Counted from the stretch's first letter, positions 1 to 13,360 are shown. The stretch is DNA of 64,000 nt from Macrostomum lignano (GCA_002269645.1 NIVC01000130.1:310001-374000); one strand, 5' to 3'. Translations and numbers: made by a program. Notes: generated by a model from the sequence alone, not told the origin.

Positions 1-189
1 GCTGCTAAACTCTGAGATTAGTCTGTGGCTGCCAGGATTGATTCTCGTTTTCCTGACAATCTGAATTGTATTTTCTTTTCTTGGGGTGGTAATTAGGGAT
101 GTTTTATTTTGGGTGTTCAACTGGGATGTTTAATATCGATTTTTATTTGTCTCTTTATTGAGAAATTATTTATTTACTTGCTTTTTAAG

Positions 190-862
190 TGTTTATTGTG
201 GATTTATTTGACTTTTGAGTGTTTATTGGGGATTTGATTTGTGTTTATTGTGGATTTGTTTGATTTGAGTGTTTATTGTGGATTTGATTTGTGTTTATTG
301 TGGATTTATTTGATTTGAGAGTGTTTATTGTGGATTTGATTTGTGTTTATTGTGGATTTGTTTGATTTGAGAGTGTTTATTAGGGATTTAATTTGTGTTT
401 ATTGTGGATTTGTTTGATTTGAGAGTGTTTATTGTGAATTTATTTGATTTGAGTGTTTATTGTGGATTTATTTGATTTGAGAGTGTTTATTGTAGATTTA
501 TTTGATTTGAGAGTGTTTATTGTGGATTTGATTTGTGTTTATTGTGGATTTGTTTGATTTGAGAGTGTTTATTGTGGATTTGATTTGATTTGAGAGTGTT
601 TATTGTGGATTTATTTGATTTGAGAGTGTTTATTGTAGATTTATTTGATTTGAGAGTGTTTATTGTAGATTTATTTGATTTGAGAGTGTTTATTGTGGAT
701 TTGATTTGTGTTTATTGTGGATTTGTTTGATTTGAGAGTGTTTATTGTGGATTTATTTGATTTGAGTGTTTATTGTGGATTTATTTGATTTGAGATTGTT
801 TATTGTAGATTTATTTGATTTTAGAGTGTTTACTGTGGATTTATTTGAGTTGAGTGTTTATT
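190..862. repeat. AT-rich minisatellite, ~28-32 bp unit
   Basis: Repeated GAGTGTTTATTGTGGATTTATTTGATTT(GA); boundaries approximate. Confidence 0.9.
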
Positions 863-1853
863 CTGCATCTTTTAATGAGGTGTTTGTTGCGAATGTTTAC
901 TTTTGTGTTCTTGTTTTTTGTTAATCGTTTTTACTTATTGTGTTTATTTTTGTGTTTAATTGTGGTTGTTTTTGGTGTGTTTTTCTGAATTCATAAGAGC
1001 TGCACCATGGGGTGTTTAGGTTATAGTTAAGGGCATTTTAGGCGGTCTTAATCCGAAAACCGAAATGGCTCGGTCTAAACCGAATACCTCCCAACTGAGT
1101 GTTTATGGGTATTTTATAGGATTGCATGTGCAATTTCAGAACAATAAGCGATTCTTTGTTTTAATTTTATCTACTCTATCTTGTTATTAAACTTGTATTT
1201 AACATTTAATATACATTTAGTTTTAGACTTCAACGTAACTTTAGTGAACAGAAAGATTGTTGTCAGTAGTAGTTCTATGCAGTAGTATGTATTGCTACAA
1301 AACTATTTTGATTATCATTTTATCATCCATCGATCGAAGTGAACGCAGCATGCACCAATTTTATTAAATATATTTTCTCTTGTTTTTGTTGTTAATCTTG
1401 TTCTGTTTGGTTCTAATTAATAAAGTCTGATTAATATTTAAAGAAGCAGTTCACGAAGATGACGGTAAAATTCTTTTCTGCAATAATCTTTTAATTTTTA
1501 GAGTTTTGTTTTACACTCTCTCTTATTTAGTTTGGTGCGATATAATTTTCAAAACCAGTAGTAGTAGTAGTAGTAGTATTTAATAACGTCAGTAGGTAGT
1601 TAAACTAGTAGCAGATACTTTCGAATCTTTTACTCAACCTAATTGATTTTGGCATGATTTTCAAATACGAGAGTATACTACAATAACTTTCACTGTCTAC
1701 TTGTAAAGCAGCATCTGCAGCCCCAGTTTTATAGTCTATGGCGCATGTTCAATGTTTACAACTATGCCTAAGGGACCGCGCATCACTTCAATTCAGATTT
1801 TACTAGGAAAAACAGTAGCAGATTTTAAATCATACGAAGTCCGCCGCACACTC

Positions 1854-4800
1854 ATGGCATTCTCGATTTACAAACCCGAGATCTTCGTGCTCGTGGTTCT
1901 TTTTGTGATAACAGATGCCATGTGCATCCATGCTTTAAATGAAAGGGTTTATCCAACGTTGTGTAAGTGCTGTCATTCAGTTCATGCATTTTTGCTCCAT
2001 TTGTTATACCATCCACCTGCTTTCACCAGTTAGACTTCGCCTGCTTTCATCGGTTGCCATCTGCACAATGCACTCAGCTAGCTAATCCAAATTCAAAACT
2101 CTATATTAATAATTAATCTAACAGGGGAAACCTTCGGCTGCTACGTGGCTCCAAATGCGTCCGCATTCCCACTCCAGCTGAGAGTGTATTGGCCTAACCA
2201 CACTGAGTTGGTTATGTCACCCAGTTCCTGCTTTGAAGAGTGCTCCTTCCAGCTGTGGGAGGGTCGCTATTTTGGCCTGTCGGTGAACGGAGGTTGCCAC
2301 TGCGGCACGATGCTGCTCATATCGCCCAGCGTTGATAAAAGCAAGTGCAGTACAATATGCTTAGATAGCCCCTTAGAGTTCTGCGGCGGAGTCAATGCAA
2401 TGCTGGTGTTTGAGATTAAAACTTTGCCGCGACTGCCTGGTAAGGACGCAAGCGAGCGCTGTAATATGTATGTACATGCATGACTATGGGTGCAATCATA
2501 CAGAGTCAGAAGTTTTAGCTCCAGCCAATGAGAGAAGAGTGATCCATTTGCCCACGGGTAGGGGTTTCCACTCCAGCCAATGAGACCAGAGTGAAGAAGC
2601 ATTTGCCCACGGGTAGGGGTTTCCACTCCAGCCAATGAGAGCAAATTGAAGAAGCATTTGCCCACAGGTAGGGGTTTCCACTCAAGCCAATGAGAGCAAA
2701 TTGAAGAAGCATTTGCCCACGGGTAGGGGTTTCCACTCCAGCCAATGAGAGCAAATTGAAGAAGCATTTGCCCACGGGTAGGGGTTTCCACTCCAGCCAA
2801 TGAGAGCAAATTGAAGAAGCATTTGCCCACGGGTAGGGGTTTCCACTCCAGCCAATGAGAGCAAATTGAAGAAGCATTTGCCCACGGGTAGGGGTTTCCA
2901 CTCTAGCCAATGAGAAAAGAGTGAAGCATCATTACTCGTACTAAAAGGCTGCAAAGCAACCAATTACTGGAAGTAAATTAACTAGCCACATTTAATGCCG
3001 AATTGTCTCTGCCAGCCCGTGTCATTGGCTGCTTCATGCAGACTAACAACCAGCGAGTTTTCAACTTCGAAGAGAAGCTGTCGTGTCAGTTCTTCATGTC
3101 ACACGCCAGATGTGCCACCTATTGTCTTCGAGTCAAGCGTACTCAAATGTTTGGCCTGATCAACAGATCGTACTGTTACTGTGGCAACAGCTTTGTGAGC
3201 ACCCTGGCTAGACTACCTTTCTCCTTGTGCTACCATCCGTGCACTAATTATGATTTAGATTTGTGCGGTGGCGAACACGCCATGCTTGTGCTGGAGCTAT
3301 TTCAGATCCGTGTCTGATCTTACTCGCTTATTAGTATTGTAAACAAGTTTTATCTTTTACTCTTATCCCTGCCTTTTTAAAGCTTTTTGTGACACGCAGT
3401 TCTAGATACAGCAAAATGCAATAGAAGAAATGGAAAATAAAAATAAATATTTACGTTCTTAAAGTAGACAATGAGTTATGCCTTTCCTTTGATTTTTTTG
3501 CTTTTTCCTCCTTCCTATCTTTGGTCCATAATCTATGCATGGTCCCTGATTTATGGTCCTTAATCTATGATCCCCAATCTATGGTCCGCAATCTATGGTC
3601 TCCAATCTATGATCCCCAATCTATGATCCCCAATCTATGATCCTCATTATATGATCCCCAATCTATGATCCCCAATATATGATCCCCAATCTATAGTCTT
3701 CAATCCATAATCTCAAACCCGTTGTCCTTAATCTATAGTCCGAATCTATAGTCTCTAATTTATGATCCCAAATCTAATGGTTCCCAAGTTTGTGACTTCA
3801 TTTTTTACCATATTACGCCGTAAGAGTGTCATGCATGAGTTTCTGTGGGAGAAAATAGTTTCAGTTTTGGCAAACTAGGGGGCGAAAAAGCTTATTTTAA
3901 TAAGCTAAGAAAGCTACCGTTAAAAGTACAAATCGCTTGAATGGTACTTCAAGGATAAGCTTTCTAAATTTCTATGGTTTCTTTGGTGCAGTTAGAACTA
4001 AATAGAATATATAATACGCTCGTACTACAGCAATAGTTTAGCCAATTTAGAGTTTTATTTACACTTGAATCAACATGAGGAAATCAACATAAAATAAGTA
4101 AGGCTAAACTAAGTTGACATTCACTCACTAATGTCGCCCACTGCACACTTAAATGGCATTTTGTTACCGATCTTGTTGATTTTTTTCAACAAGGATTTGC
4201 TATCTACAACTGCGCATTGTAAGTTTATTATTTCTTAGCTGTTCTATCTAGCCTACTTTTCATACTACTTTCCAACCTACTTTTCAGCCTACTTTTCAGC
4301 CAACTTTTCAATCTACTTTCCAACCTACTTTTTAGCCTACTTTTCAGCCTACTTTTCAATCTACTTTCCAACCTACTTTCCAATCTATACTTGACAACCT
4401 ACTTTCCAATCTAATTTTTCAAGATACTTTCCAATCTACTTTCCAATCTACTTTCCAATCTACTTTCCAATCTACTTACAACCAACTTTTCAACCTAACA
4501 TGTAACTTTTAAGCTGTTAATAATATTTAGCTTACTCTTGTCTATTTTCATATACTTGTACTACATATGTTGTTATTCTACACAAAAAGTTACTCCCAAC
4601 CTTTCCATTGCTGCCCAGTTCAGCACGTTGGCTGCTATCAGATACTCAATGACAATGGCAACCTTGGTGTTCTAATGGAATTAACAGATAACTTGAAAAG
4701 CCAGCTAACCCCCGATGTGTGTCTAAGATTGTGCGTTGAATTTAATGATAATCGAAATAAAGTATTGAACTATTTTGGCCTATTTAATGGCGAGCAATGC

Positions 4801-6184
4801 TATTGCCGCGATACAGTTGGTATTTTTCGACTCGCCAGCTTCGACTGCATGGCGAGTTGTCCGGGCAACTGGCAGATCTCCTGCGGCGGCTCCAAAGCTA
4901 TGGACATATATTTTATTGAATGGGAAAATCCTCCCGTTCTTCAGAGTGAGTCTAGGCCTTTGCAAATAATGATACCTAACCTAATTTAAATGTTTTCACA
5001 TATTTAGGCCTATGTAGGTATGTATGATTGTTCATACATCAAGACTATATACAGTCTCAATGTTCCGTCTTAAGTTTAAGGGCTAGAAAATTGAGAGGGT
5101 CGCAATGTACATTGAAGACCGTTTCGTCTTAAGTTTAAGGGCTAGAAAATTGAGAGGGTCGCAATGTACATTGAAGACCGCTCCGTCTTAAGTTTAAGGA
5201 CTAGAAAATTGAGAGGGTCGCAATGTACATTGAAGACCGTTTCGTCTTAAGTTTAAGGGCTAGAAAATTGAGAGGGTCGCAATGTACATTGAAGACCGCT
5301 CCGTCTTAAGTTTAAGGACTAGAAAATTGAGAGGGTCGCAATGTACATTGAAGACCGTTTCGTCTTAAGTTTAGGGGCTAGAAAATTGAGAGGGTCGCAA
5401 TGTACATTGAAGACCGCTCCGTCTTAAGTTTAAGGACTAGAAAATTGAGAGGGTCGCAATGTACATTGAAGACCGTTTCGTCTTAAGTTTAAGGGCTAGA
5501 AAATTGAGAGGGTCGCAATGTACATTGAAGACCGCTCCGTCTTAAGTTTAAGGACTAGAAAATTGAGAGGGTCGCAATGTACATTGAAGACCGCTCCGTC
5601 TTAAGTTTAAGGACTAGAAAATTGAGAGGGTCGCAATGTACATTGAAGACCGCTCCGTCTTAAGTTTAAGGGTTAGAAAATTGAGAAGGTCGCAATGTAC
5701 ATTGAAGACCGCTCCGTCTTAAGTTTAAGGGTTAGAAAATTGAGAAGGTCGCAATGTACATTAAAGAAATGGGTCGGGTCTACAGGAGGGTGAGTTAATC
5801 GATAATAAAGTTAAAAGAAACAGTAAACAAGACGAATCGATCTATCTAAAGCCTATACGGGTATATCTCCATTCTACACTACATGTACCAAAAGCCATTG
5901 CATTGGGCTGCTATCTATACGACAAGTGGCACCCAGTGCTAAGTGACCGGCTGTCAACGTCTGTTAGTGCAGCCAGCATGAGCCACTACAACTGCGCCGT
6001 CCACTGTCTGCACTTGGACGTGAAGCTGGCCGGTGTAACCAATCGCACAAGCTGCTACTGCGGCTCCGGCCTAGTCAGTAGTGCAGTCAGAGCCTCTGCC
6101 GGCGTCTGCGGCCGGCCCTGTACAGGCAATCAATCCGAGATTTGCGGCGACGCTGAATACATGCTGGTAATGAAGGTTGTGTAG
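1854..6184 (+). CDS. Secreted protein with four WSC domains (5 exons, ~444 aa)
   Basis: Exons 1854-1962, 2125-2439, 3016-3309, 4619-4945, 5895-6184 join in frame (1335 nt); all introns GT-AG phase 1. Exon 1 encodes a hydrophobic signal-like stretch (IFVLVVLFVITDA). Each later exon has the WSC pattern GC(Y/F)...C...C...G....CxCG...C...C....CGG/CGD. The exon 3 donor and exon 5 acceptor are weak. Confidence 0.8.
2512..2915. repeat. 55-bp tandem repeat in WSC intron 2
   Basis: Unit CCAGCCAATGAGAGCAAATTGAAGAAGCATTTGCCCACGGGTAGGGGTTTCCACT, ~7 copies. Confidence 0.95.
3525..3785. repeat. 14-bp degenerate tandem repeat in WSC intron 3
   Basis: Unit ATCTATGATCCCCA. Confidence 0.85.
4250..4495. repeat. 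12-bp tandem repeat in WSC intron 3
   Basis: Units CTACTTTTCAGC / CTACTTTCCAAT. Confidence 0.85.
5062..5762. repeat. 59-bp tandem repeat in WSC intron 4
   Basis: Unit CCGTCTTAAGTTTAAGGGCTAGAAAATTGAGAGGGTCGCAATGTACATTGAAGACCGCT, ~12 near-identical copies. Confidence 0.95.
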
Positions 6185-6289
6185 CCTGTGCATACTATAT
6201 ACTACGAGTATTAGTAATGCGTAGCAGTTTTAATTTCGTAATTTATTGAGCCATCTGTGTCTGTTTTTTATTGCTTAATGACGCTTGAG

Positions 6290-6680
6290 GCAAAAGCCGT
6301 CAAGAGCCTCACCCAATTCGGCGTCAAGAGCCTCGCCCAATTTTACCGTAAAGAGCCTCACCGTTCACCAATTTACCGTCAAGAGCCTCACCCAATTCAC
6401 CATCAAGAGCCTCACCCAATTCACCGTCAAGAGCCTCACCGTTCACCAATTCACCATCAAGAGCATCACCATTCACCAATTCAACGTCAAGAGCCTCACC
6501 AATTCAACTTCAAGAGCCTCACCCAATTCACCATCAAGAGCCTCACCCAATTCACCGTCAAGAGCCTCACCCAATTCACCATCAAGAGCCTCACCCAATT
6601 CACCATCAAGAGCCTCACCGTTCACCAATTCAACGTCAAGAGCCTCGCCAATTTAAAATCTCAGAGCCGTCAAGAGTCTC
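6290..6680. repeat. 24/30-bp tandem repeat downstream of the WSC stop
   Basis: Unit GTCAAGAGCCTCACCCAATTCACC with a 6-bp longer variant. Confidence 0.9.
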
Positions 6681-6933
6681 AAAGAAAGCTGACGTCAGGC
6701 AGTCTTAAATATTCCACAATTCATCGTCAAAGCAAAACTGTATAAACAAGAGCCTTCCAATCGCTCTAATATACTTTCGATTCAATTCAACGCTTTTTAC
6801 TTTGCTAAAATAAAAAAGAGTTTTAACTTTGCTACTTGAATATTTTTTAACAAAAGTAAACACGCCACTTGCAAAAAAATCATGTTTAGTGGGCCATGGG
6901 CACCCCACATTTAGCAGTTGCTCAACAATTACT

Positions 6934-7592
6934 TTGGCGCCCCTTGGTGCTGGCGCCCCTTTGGTGCTGGCGCCCCTTTGGTGCTGGCGCCCCTTTGGTG
7001 CTGGCGCCCCTTGGTGCTGGCGCCCCTTTGGTGCTGGCGCCCCTTTGGTGCTGGCGCCCCTTTGGTGCTGGCGCCCCTTTGGTGCTGGCGCCCCTTTGGT
7101 GCTGGCGCCCCTTTGGTGCTGGCGCCCCTTTGGTGCTGGCGCCCCTTTGGTGCTGGTGCCCCTTTGGTGCTGGCGCCCCTTTGGTGCTGGCGCCCCTTTG
7201 GTGCTGGCGCCCCTTTGGTGCTGGCGCCCCTTTGGTGCTGGCGCCCCTTTGGTGCTGGCGCCCCTTTGGTGCTGGCGCCCCTTTGGTGCTGGCGCCCCTT
7301 TGGTGCTGGCGCCCCTTTGGTGCTGGCGCCCCTTTGGTGCTGGCGCCCCTTTGGTGCTGGCGCCCCTTTGGTGCTGGCGCCCCTTTGGTGCTGGCGCCCC
7401 TTTGGTGCTGGCGCCCCTTTGGTGCTGGCGCCCCTTTGGTGCTGGCGCCCCTTTGGTGCTGGCGCCCCTTTGGTGCTGGCGCCCCTTTGGTGCTGGCGCC
7501 CCTTTGGTGCTGGCGCCCCTTTGGTGCTGGCGCCCCTTTGGTGCTGGCGCCCCTTTGGTGCTGGCGCCCCTTTGGTGCTGGCGCCCCCTTGG
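6934..7592. repeat. 17-bp GC-rich minisatellite
   Basis: Unit GGTGCTGGCGCCCCTTT, ~39 copies; produces six spurious ORFs. Confidence 0.97.
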
Positions 7593-8287
7593 TGCCGGAG
7601 CCCCCAAAATAGTGCCCCATCCAATAAAATATGCTGCGGCTTCTTTCCTGCTTTAATTTTTGCTCTTTTGCAAAATTGCAAGCGGGGATGATGGCACGTT
7701 AAGTTGGTGCTGGCGCAGTTGCTGGGGAACTATAGAGCAAACAGCTGGTTGAGCTGCTACATGTAGCCGCATGCTGTGCAGTTCAAATGAGGCGGGCCAG
7801 CTTTAGCTGACAAACAAGGAACTAACAAGAAACTCATGTTTTCTAACCTCGTCTGCAAGAAACCCAGGCAGGCTGAAGTTCCGCATCTAAAAATAACATC
7901 CGCGTACGCCAGTTTGTCTATCCATGCACGCTAGTAAATTTATATGTACACACATGCGCTTGCACTGGCCAGTACGTTCATGCGTGTACATGTATACCGG
8001 AAAGAACTGAAACGAATCCAGACTGTAACTGAATAACCTTCATTTGTTTATCTGTGCATGTATGTGTAAATAATTGACCCGTTTGGTTACACAGGATGCA
8101 GATACTCGTACGAATCAAGGACCACTGGAATGTTCTAGTCTAGAATAGTCCTTGATACGATGTAGTATAATGACTAATAACAGGTACTGCTGCACTTAAG
8201 ACGCATGCAGCTTAATTACATGTACCGCGATCGGCTTCTGCACCATCGTGTAGTCCAAACCACGAATGCTGTCCTATGATCTAAACT

Positions 8288-9238
8288 GGGGTTGAGATTG
8301 GGGATCTGAGAGTGAAATTAGAAATCTGGGATTTAGATTGGGGATCTGGGAGTGAGATTGAGGATCTGAAAGTGAGATTGAGAATCTGGGAGTGAGATTG
8401 GGGATCTGGGAGTGAGATTAGCTAGGGATCTAGGAGTGAGGTTAAGAATCTGGGAGTGAGATTGGGGATCTGGGAGTGAGATTAGCTAGGGATCTAGGAG
8501 TGAGGTTAAGAATCTGGGAGTGAGATTGGGGATCTGGAAGTGAGATTGAGAATCTGGGAGTGAGATTGGGGATCTGGGAGTGAGATTGAGAATCTTGGAG
8601 TGAGATTGGGAATCTGGGAGTGAGATTGAGAATCTGGGAGTGAGATTGGGGATCTGGGAGTGAGATTGGGGATCTGGGAGTGAGATTGGGGATCTGGGAG
8701 TGAGATTTGGGATCTGGGAGTGAGATTGAGGATCTTGGAGTGAGATTGGGGATCTGGGAGTGAGATTGAGAATCTTGGAGTGAGATTGGGAATCTGGGAG
8801 TGAGATTGAGAATCTGGGAGTGAGATTGGGGATCTGGGAGTGAGATTGGGGATCTGGGAGTGAGATTGGGGATCTGGGAGTGAGATCGAGGATCTTGGAG
8901 TGAGATTGGGGATCTGGGAGTGAGATTGGGGATCTGGGAGTGAGATTGGGGATCTGGGAGTGAGATCGAGGATCTTGGAGTGAGATTGGGGATCTGGGAG
9001 TGAGATTGGGGATCTGGGAGTGAGATTGGGAATCTGGGAGTGAGATCGAGGATCTTGGAGTGAGATTGGGGATCTGGGAGTGAGATTGAGGATCTTGGAG
9101 TGAGATTGGGGATCTGGGAGTGAGATTGGGGATCTGGGAGTGAGATTGGGGATCTGGGAGTGAGATTGGGGATTTGGGAGTGAGATTGAGGATCTTGGAG
9201 TGAGATTGGGGATCTGGGACGGAGATTGAGGATCTGGG
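8288..9238. repeat. 20-bp G-rich minisatellite
   Basis: Unit GGGATCTGGGAGTGAGATTG. Confidence 0.95.
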
Positions 9239-9869
9239 GAGCTATTGCAATTGCTTATTCGTAAAGAGCAGTTTTATACCAATGAAAGACGTGAAAAACT
9301 ACAAGGTCCTTTAATTCGTTCACGCAAATTTCTTGATTTAAATGAGTTTATTGCTGAATACAAAATATTACGTACAGTAGATGTCAGAACTACTTAAGCA
9401 AAGCAATGCACATCATATAAGCATTAATGTTTTTATAGACAGGCTATATTGTTAAAGTACCCGTAAAATATAAAAAATGCACTTCAGCTAAATATTCTTT
9501 GTCGCTGACTATACTCTTATTCAGCTCTACAAACAGCTGGTAGATTTATCCGTCTAGTATTCACTCAAGTATTGTGTAGCGGGCACAATACTTTGTTTAA
9601 ATACACTATAGGAAGGTTGCAGTATACCACAAGAATAAGCGCATGAATGAGCGCGAGGTGACGAAATCATATAATATGATTTTATAATCCAGAGAATGAT
9701 GATACTCCTGACAATGCGCGCGCAGAGATACCAGTAAAATATGTTAATCTTCACTGCGGTAATACGTTTATTTTATGAAACACAAACTAACAATGAAGAC
9801 TTCAAATATCGTAATTACAGAAATATTCACTCTCAGCTTTGTCTTTATACTCTCAAAGGAGCGATTAGA

Positions 9870-10290
9870 AGAGATTGAGGTAAAGGGTGAGATCGAAGGG
9901 AGATTGGGAAGGGAGTCAGATGAAGGGTGAGATTGAAGGTGGAGAGACTAGGGGAAATATTGAGATCAAGGGAAGGTGGAGAGACTTCAGTAGTGTGAGG
10001 TGAAGGGTGATTTTTAAGGGAGATAGACTAGGGGATAGAGTGAGATAAAGGGATATATATTAGGGGAGACAGTGAGATAAAGGGAGATAGACTAGGGAAG
10101 ACAATGAGATAAAGGGAGATAGACTAGGGGAGACAGTGAGATAAAGGGAGATAGACTAGGGGAGACAGTGAGATAAAGGGAGATAGACTAGGGGAGACAG
10201 TGAGATTTAACTGAGATAGACTAGGGGAGACAGTGAGATTTAAGGGAGATAGACTAGGGGAGACAGTGAGAAGGGTGAGAGAATAGAACG
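9870..10290. repeat. 32-bp purine-rich minisatellite
   Basis: Unit GAGATAAAGGGAGATAGACTAGGGGAGACAGT, degenerate toward its left end. Confidence 0.9.
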
Positions 10291-10345
10291 AGTTAGAGAG
10301 AGATTATTTTCGAATTAACGGGCCGTCACAAATAATAAATTGCAT

Positions 10346-12136
10346 CTATGATTGACCAGGTGGTGCGCCAGACGCACTGGGATTGGAGGTTAGCACAGAC
10401 TGAATAGCCTGCAGCTGGGCATGAGTCAGCGAGTGCACTCGAGACTGCATGGAGCCAGACAGGCGGTCGTATTGGCCAACCACAACTGAATGATAGCCGC
10501 TGCTCTCAGGCCGGCCGGGCAGAAGTTTCAATGGCTCCAACAGTGCCAGAATGTCCACAGTGAGGGGCACGGACTCGTGGAACAGTGGCTGTATACTGTG
10601 CACCAGCTGGATGAGATCTCCAGCCCTGTCCGGCACCCGGCCGCTATTCCGCATGAAGTGTCTGGCTGTACAAAATGTTAATAGTTTGTTATCGAAGCCA
10701 TAGGTCATGGCAATGGCCATGCCTTGGCTACATAAATCTGTTTTGAGTTTCCGCAACGCTTTCACGTAGCGGCCGATGTCTCTGATGACGCTCTCAGTGA
10801 AGCTGGGATCGGCGCTGCCCATGCTTTTGATGAAATCGAAAAATCGAACGAAATAACAGCCGGGACTGGCTTGTCGATGGGCGGAGAGGCTGCCGGATTG
10901 ATGGGGAATCTTTGCGCTGCAGTGAAAGCACACAAGTCTGTGTTGCTGCTGAGGTCTTGGCTGATCGTCAAGGTACAGACCTGACTCAGCCAGTTCTGAG
11001 GCCTGCTCAATCGAGTAAAGTTGCGATTGTAACAGGTTGGACTTTCGTCTGCTTAGCAGAGTGTACTCGGGCTTCACTGAGGCCGTCAGTGTCAGGATTA
11101 GGCAGCCTGCAGAGATTCAGATTGTGTTTGAATTTCATTATTATCTGCACTGCACTGTGCTTAAACCCCGGATTAGTGAGCCTTCTAAGCCTCCCATCTC
11201 ACCCTCAGATCTCAAGCATCTCACCCTCTCACCTTCAGGCCGGCCTGAGCTATCTCACCCTCCCGTCTCAGCTATCTCACCCTCCCATCTCAGCTATCTC
11301 AGCCTCCCGTCTCAGCTATCTCACCCTCCCATCTCAGCTATCTCACCCTCCCATCTCAGCTATCTCACCCTCCCGTCTCAGCTATCTTACCCTCCCATCT
11401 CAGCTATCTCATCCTCCCGTCTCAGCTATCTCACCCTCCCATCTCAGCCATGCCACCCTTCCATCTCAGCCATCTCACCCTCCCATCTCAGCTATCTCAC
11501 CCTCCCATCTCAGCTATTTCACCCTCCCATCTCAGCTATCTCACCCTCGAATCTCAGCTATTTCACCCATCTCACCATCCCATCTCAGCATCCCAGCCAT
11601 CTCACCCTCCCATCTCAGCCTCCTATATCACCATCCCATCTCATCTATCTCAGCCATCTCACATTCCCAACTTAACTATCTCACCCATTTATCCCTCCCG
11701 TCTCAGTTATCTAATATCACCTATCTCACCCTCCCGTCTCAACTATCTCACCCTCCAATCTCAGCTATCTCACCCTCCAATCTCAGCTATCTCGCTTATC
11801 TCCCCACTGATGCCAGCTATCTTACCCTCCCATCTCAGCCATTTCTCACCCTCATCTGTCCAATCTCACGTCTAAAGTTCTCATCCTCGCGTCTCACAGC
11901 CTCACACCGTTGAAGGTCCATCATTGCATCTTCAGCCCTTATCTCAAGTGCCCTGCCCCATGTCTCGCACCTCATCCCATCAATCTCATAAAGCGGAACC
12001 CACCAACAATGTAGACTTTGTATTCCTCGCCGCTCCGTTTGTATAATTCAACAGCTTTAGTAGCAATTTCGGGTGAGTAATGCAATTCCAAGCTAGATTT
12101 AAGTTGCTCAGTCAATTCGGGCAAACTTTCGGCCAT
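10346..12136 (-). CDS. IAP-like protein: degenerate BIR domain plus UBA-like domain (2 exons, ~297 aa)
   Basis: Exons 12136-12004 and 11106-10346, phase 1 (donor GTGGGT, acceptor TCTCTGCAG). BIR-like AESGLY...VCFHC...H...SPGCYFV. The segment AMTYGFD...G...DLIQLV resembles the IAP UBA domain. No RING before the stop. Confidence 0.7.
11200..11900. repeat. 22-bp pyrimidine-rich minisatellite in the IAP-like intron
   Basis: Unit CAGCTATCTCACCCTCCCATCT. Confidence 0.92.
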
Positions 12137-12562
12137 TTGCAGATACCTGAAATTTAATTGGCGTGGAAAAAAGCGCAAATATTAACAAATTTGTTTAGGT
12201 CCATGTTCAAACTTCATTAGTTACATTAAGTTGAGAAAGTAAACTCAAAACTAGAAGTAACTCTATATTTAGAAACACGCGTCTATTTTAGCATATGATG
12301 CCATTTGCATGCCATTCTTAATAACGGCCAAATTGGCGTTTTATACGCTAAATAGGCAAGCCGAACCTATTTTTGTGGGCGGGCCAGTGCTATTAAATGC
12401 TTAATTGTAATACTGTTGTTGCTATAGACTTGGCTTCTGTGAGATGCTTGCTCTCATTTCGAATTCACGTTTGCCTTAATTGAATATGAATATTCATACA
12501 ATAGTGTTCGCTCAGTGCCTGAACAGCTCACCACGAACATGTACATAAACAGTACACGTGCT

Positions 12563-13360
12563 AAGCTTCCCAGTCCTTCAGGTGGCACTGCTTCCCAGTC
12601 CTTCAGGTGGCACTGCTTCCCAGTCCTTCAGGTGGCACTGCTTCCCAGTCCTTCAGGTGGCACTGCTTCCCAGTCCTTCAGGTGGCACTGTTTCCCAGTC
12701 CTTCAGGTGGCACTGCTTCCCAGTCCTTCAGACGACACTGCTTCCCAGTCCTTCAGATGACACTACTTCCCAGTCTTTGAGGGGGCAATGCTTCCCAGTC
12801 CTTCAGGTGGCACTGCTTCCCAGTCCTTCAGGTCGCACTGCTTCCCAGTCCTTCAGGTGGCACTGCTTCCCAGTCCTTCAGGTCGCACTGCTTCCCAGTC
12901 CTTCAGGTGGCACTGCTTCCCAGTCCTTCAGGTGGCACTGCTTCCCAGTCCTTCAGGTGGCACTGCTTCCAGTCCTTCAGGTGGCACTGCTTCCCAGTCC
13001 TTCAGGTGGCACTGCTTCCCAGTCCTTCAGGTGGCACTGCTTCCCAGTCCTTCAGGTGGCACTGCTTCCCAGTCCTTCAGGTGGCACTGCTTCCAGTCCT
13101 TCAGGTGGCACTGCTTCCCATTCCTTCAGGTGGCACTGCTTCCTAGTCCTTCAGGTGGCACTGCTTCCCAGTCCTTCAGGTGACACTGCTTCCTAGTCTT
13201 TGAGGGGGCAATGCTTCCCAGTCCTTCAGGTGGCACTGCTTCCCAGTCCTTCAGGTCGCACTGCTTCCCAGTCCTTCAGATGACACTGCTTCCTAGTCTT
13301 TGAGGGGGCAATGCTTCCCAGTCCTTCAGGTGGCACTGCTTCCCAGTCTTTCAGATGGCG
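12563..13360. repeat. 25-bp minisatellite
   Basis: Unit TGCTTCCCAGTCCTTCAGGTGGCAC. Confidence 0.95.

Noticed and set aside
6705-7691. Six overlapping long ORFs (GAGAP/PKGRQH repeats) resembling collagen or elastin
   Set aside because: The 17-bp unit is not a multiple of 3 and has no stops in any frame, so these are minisatellite artefacts
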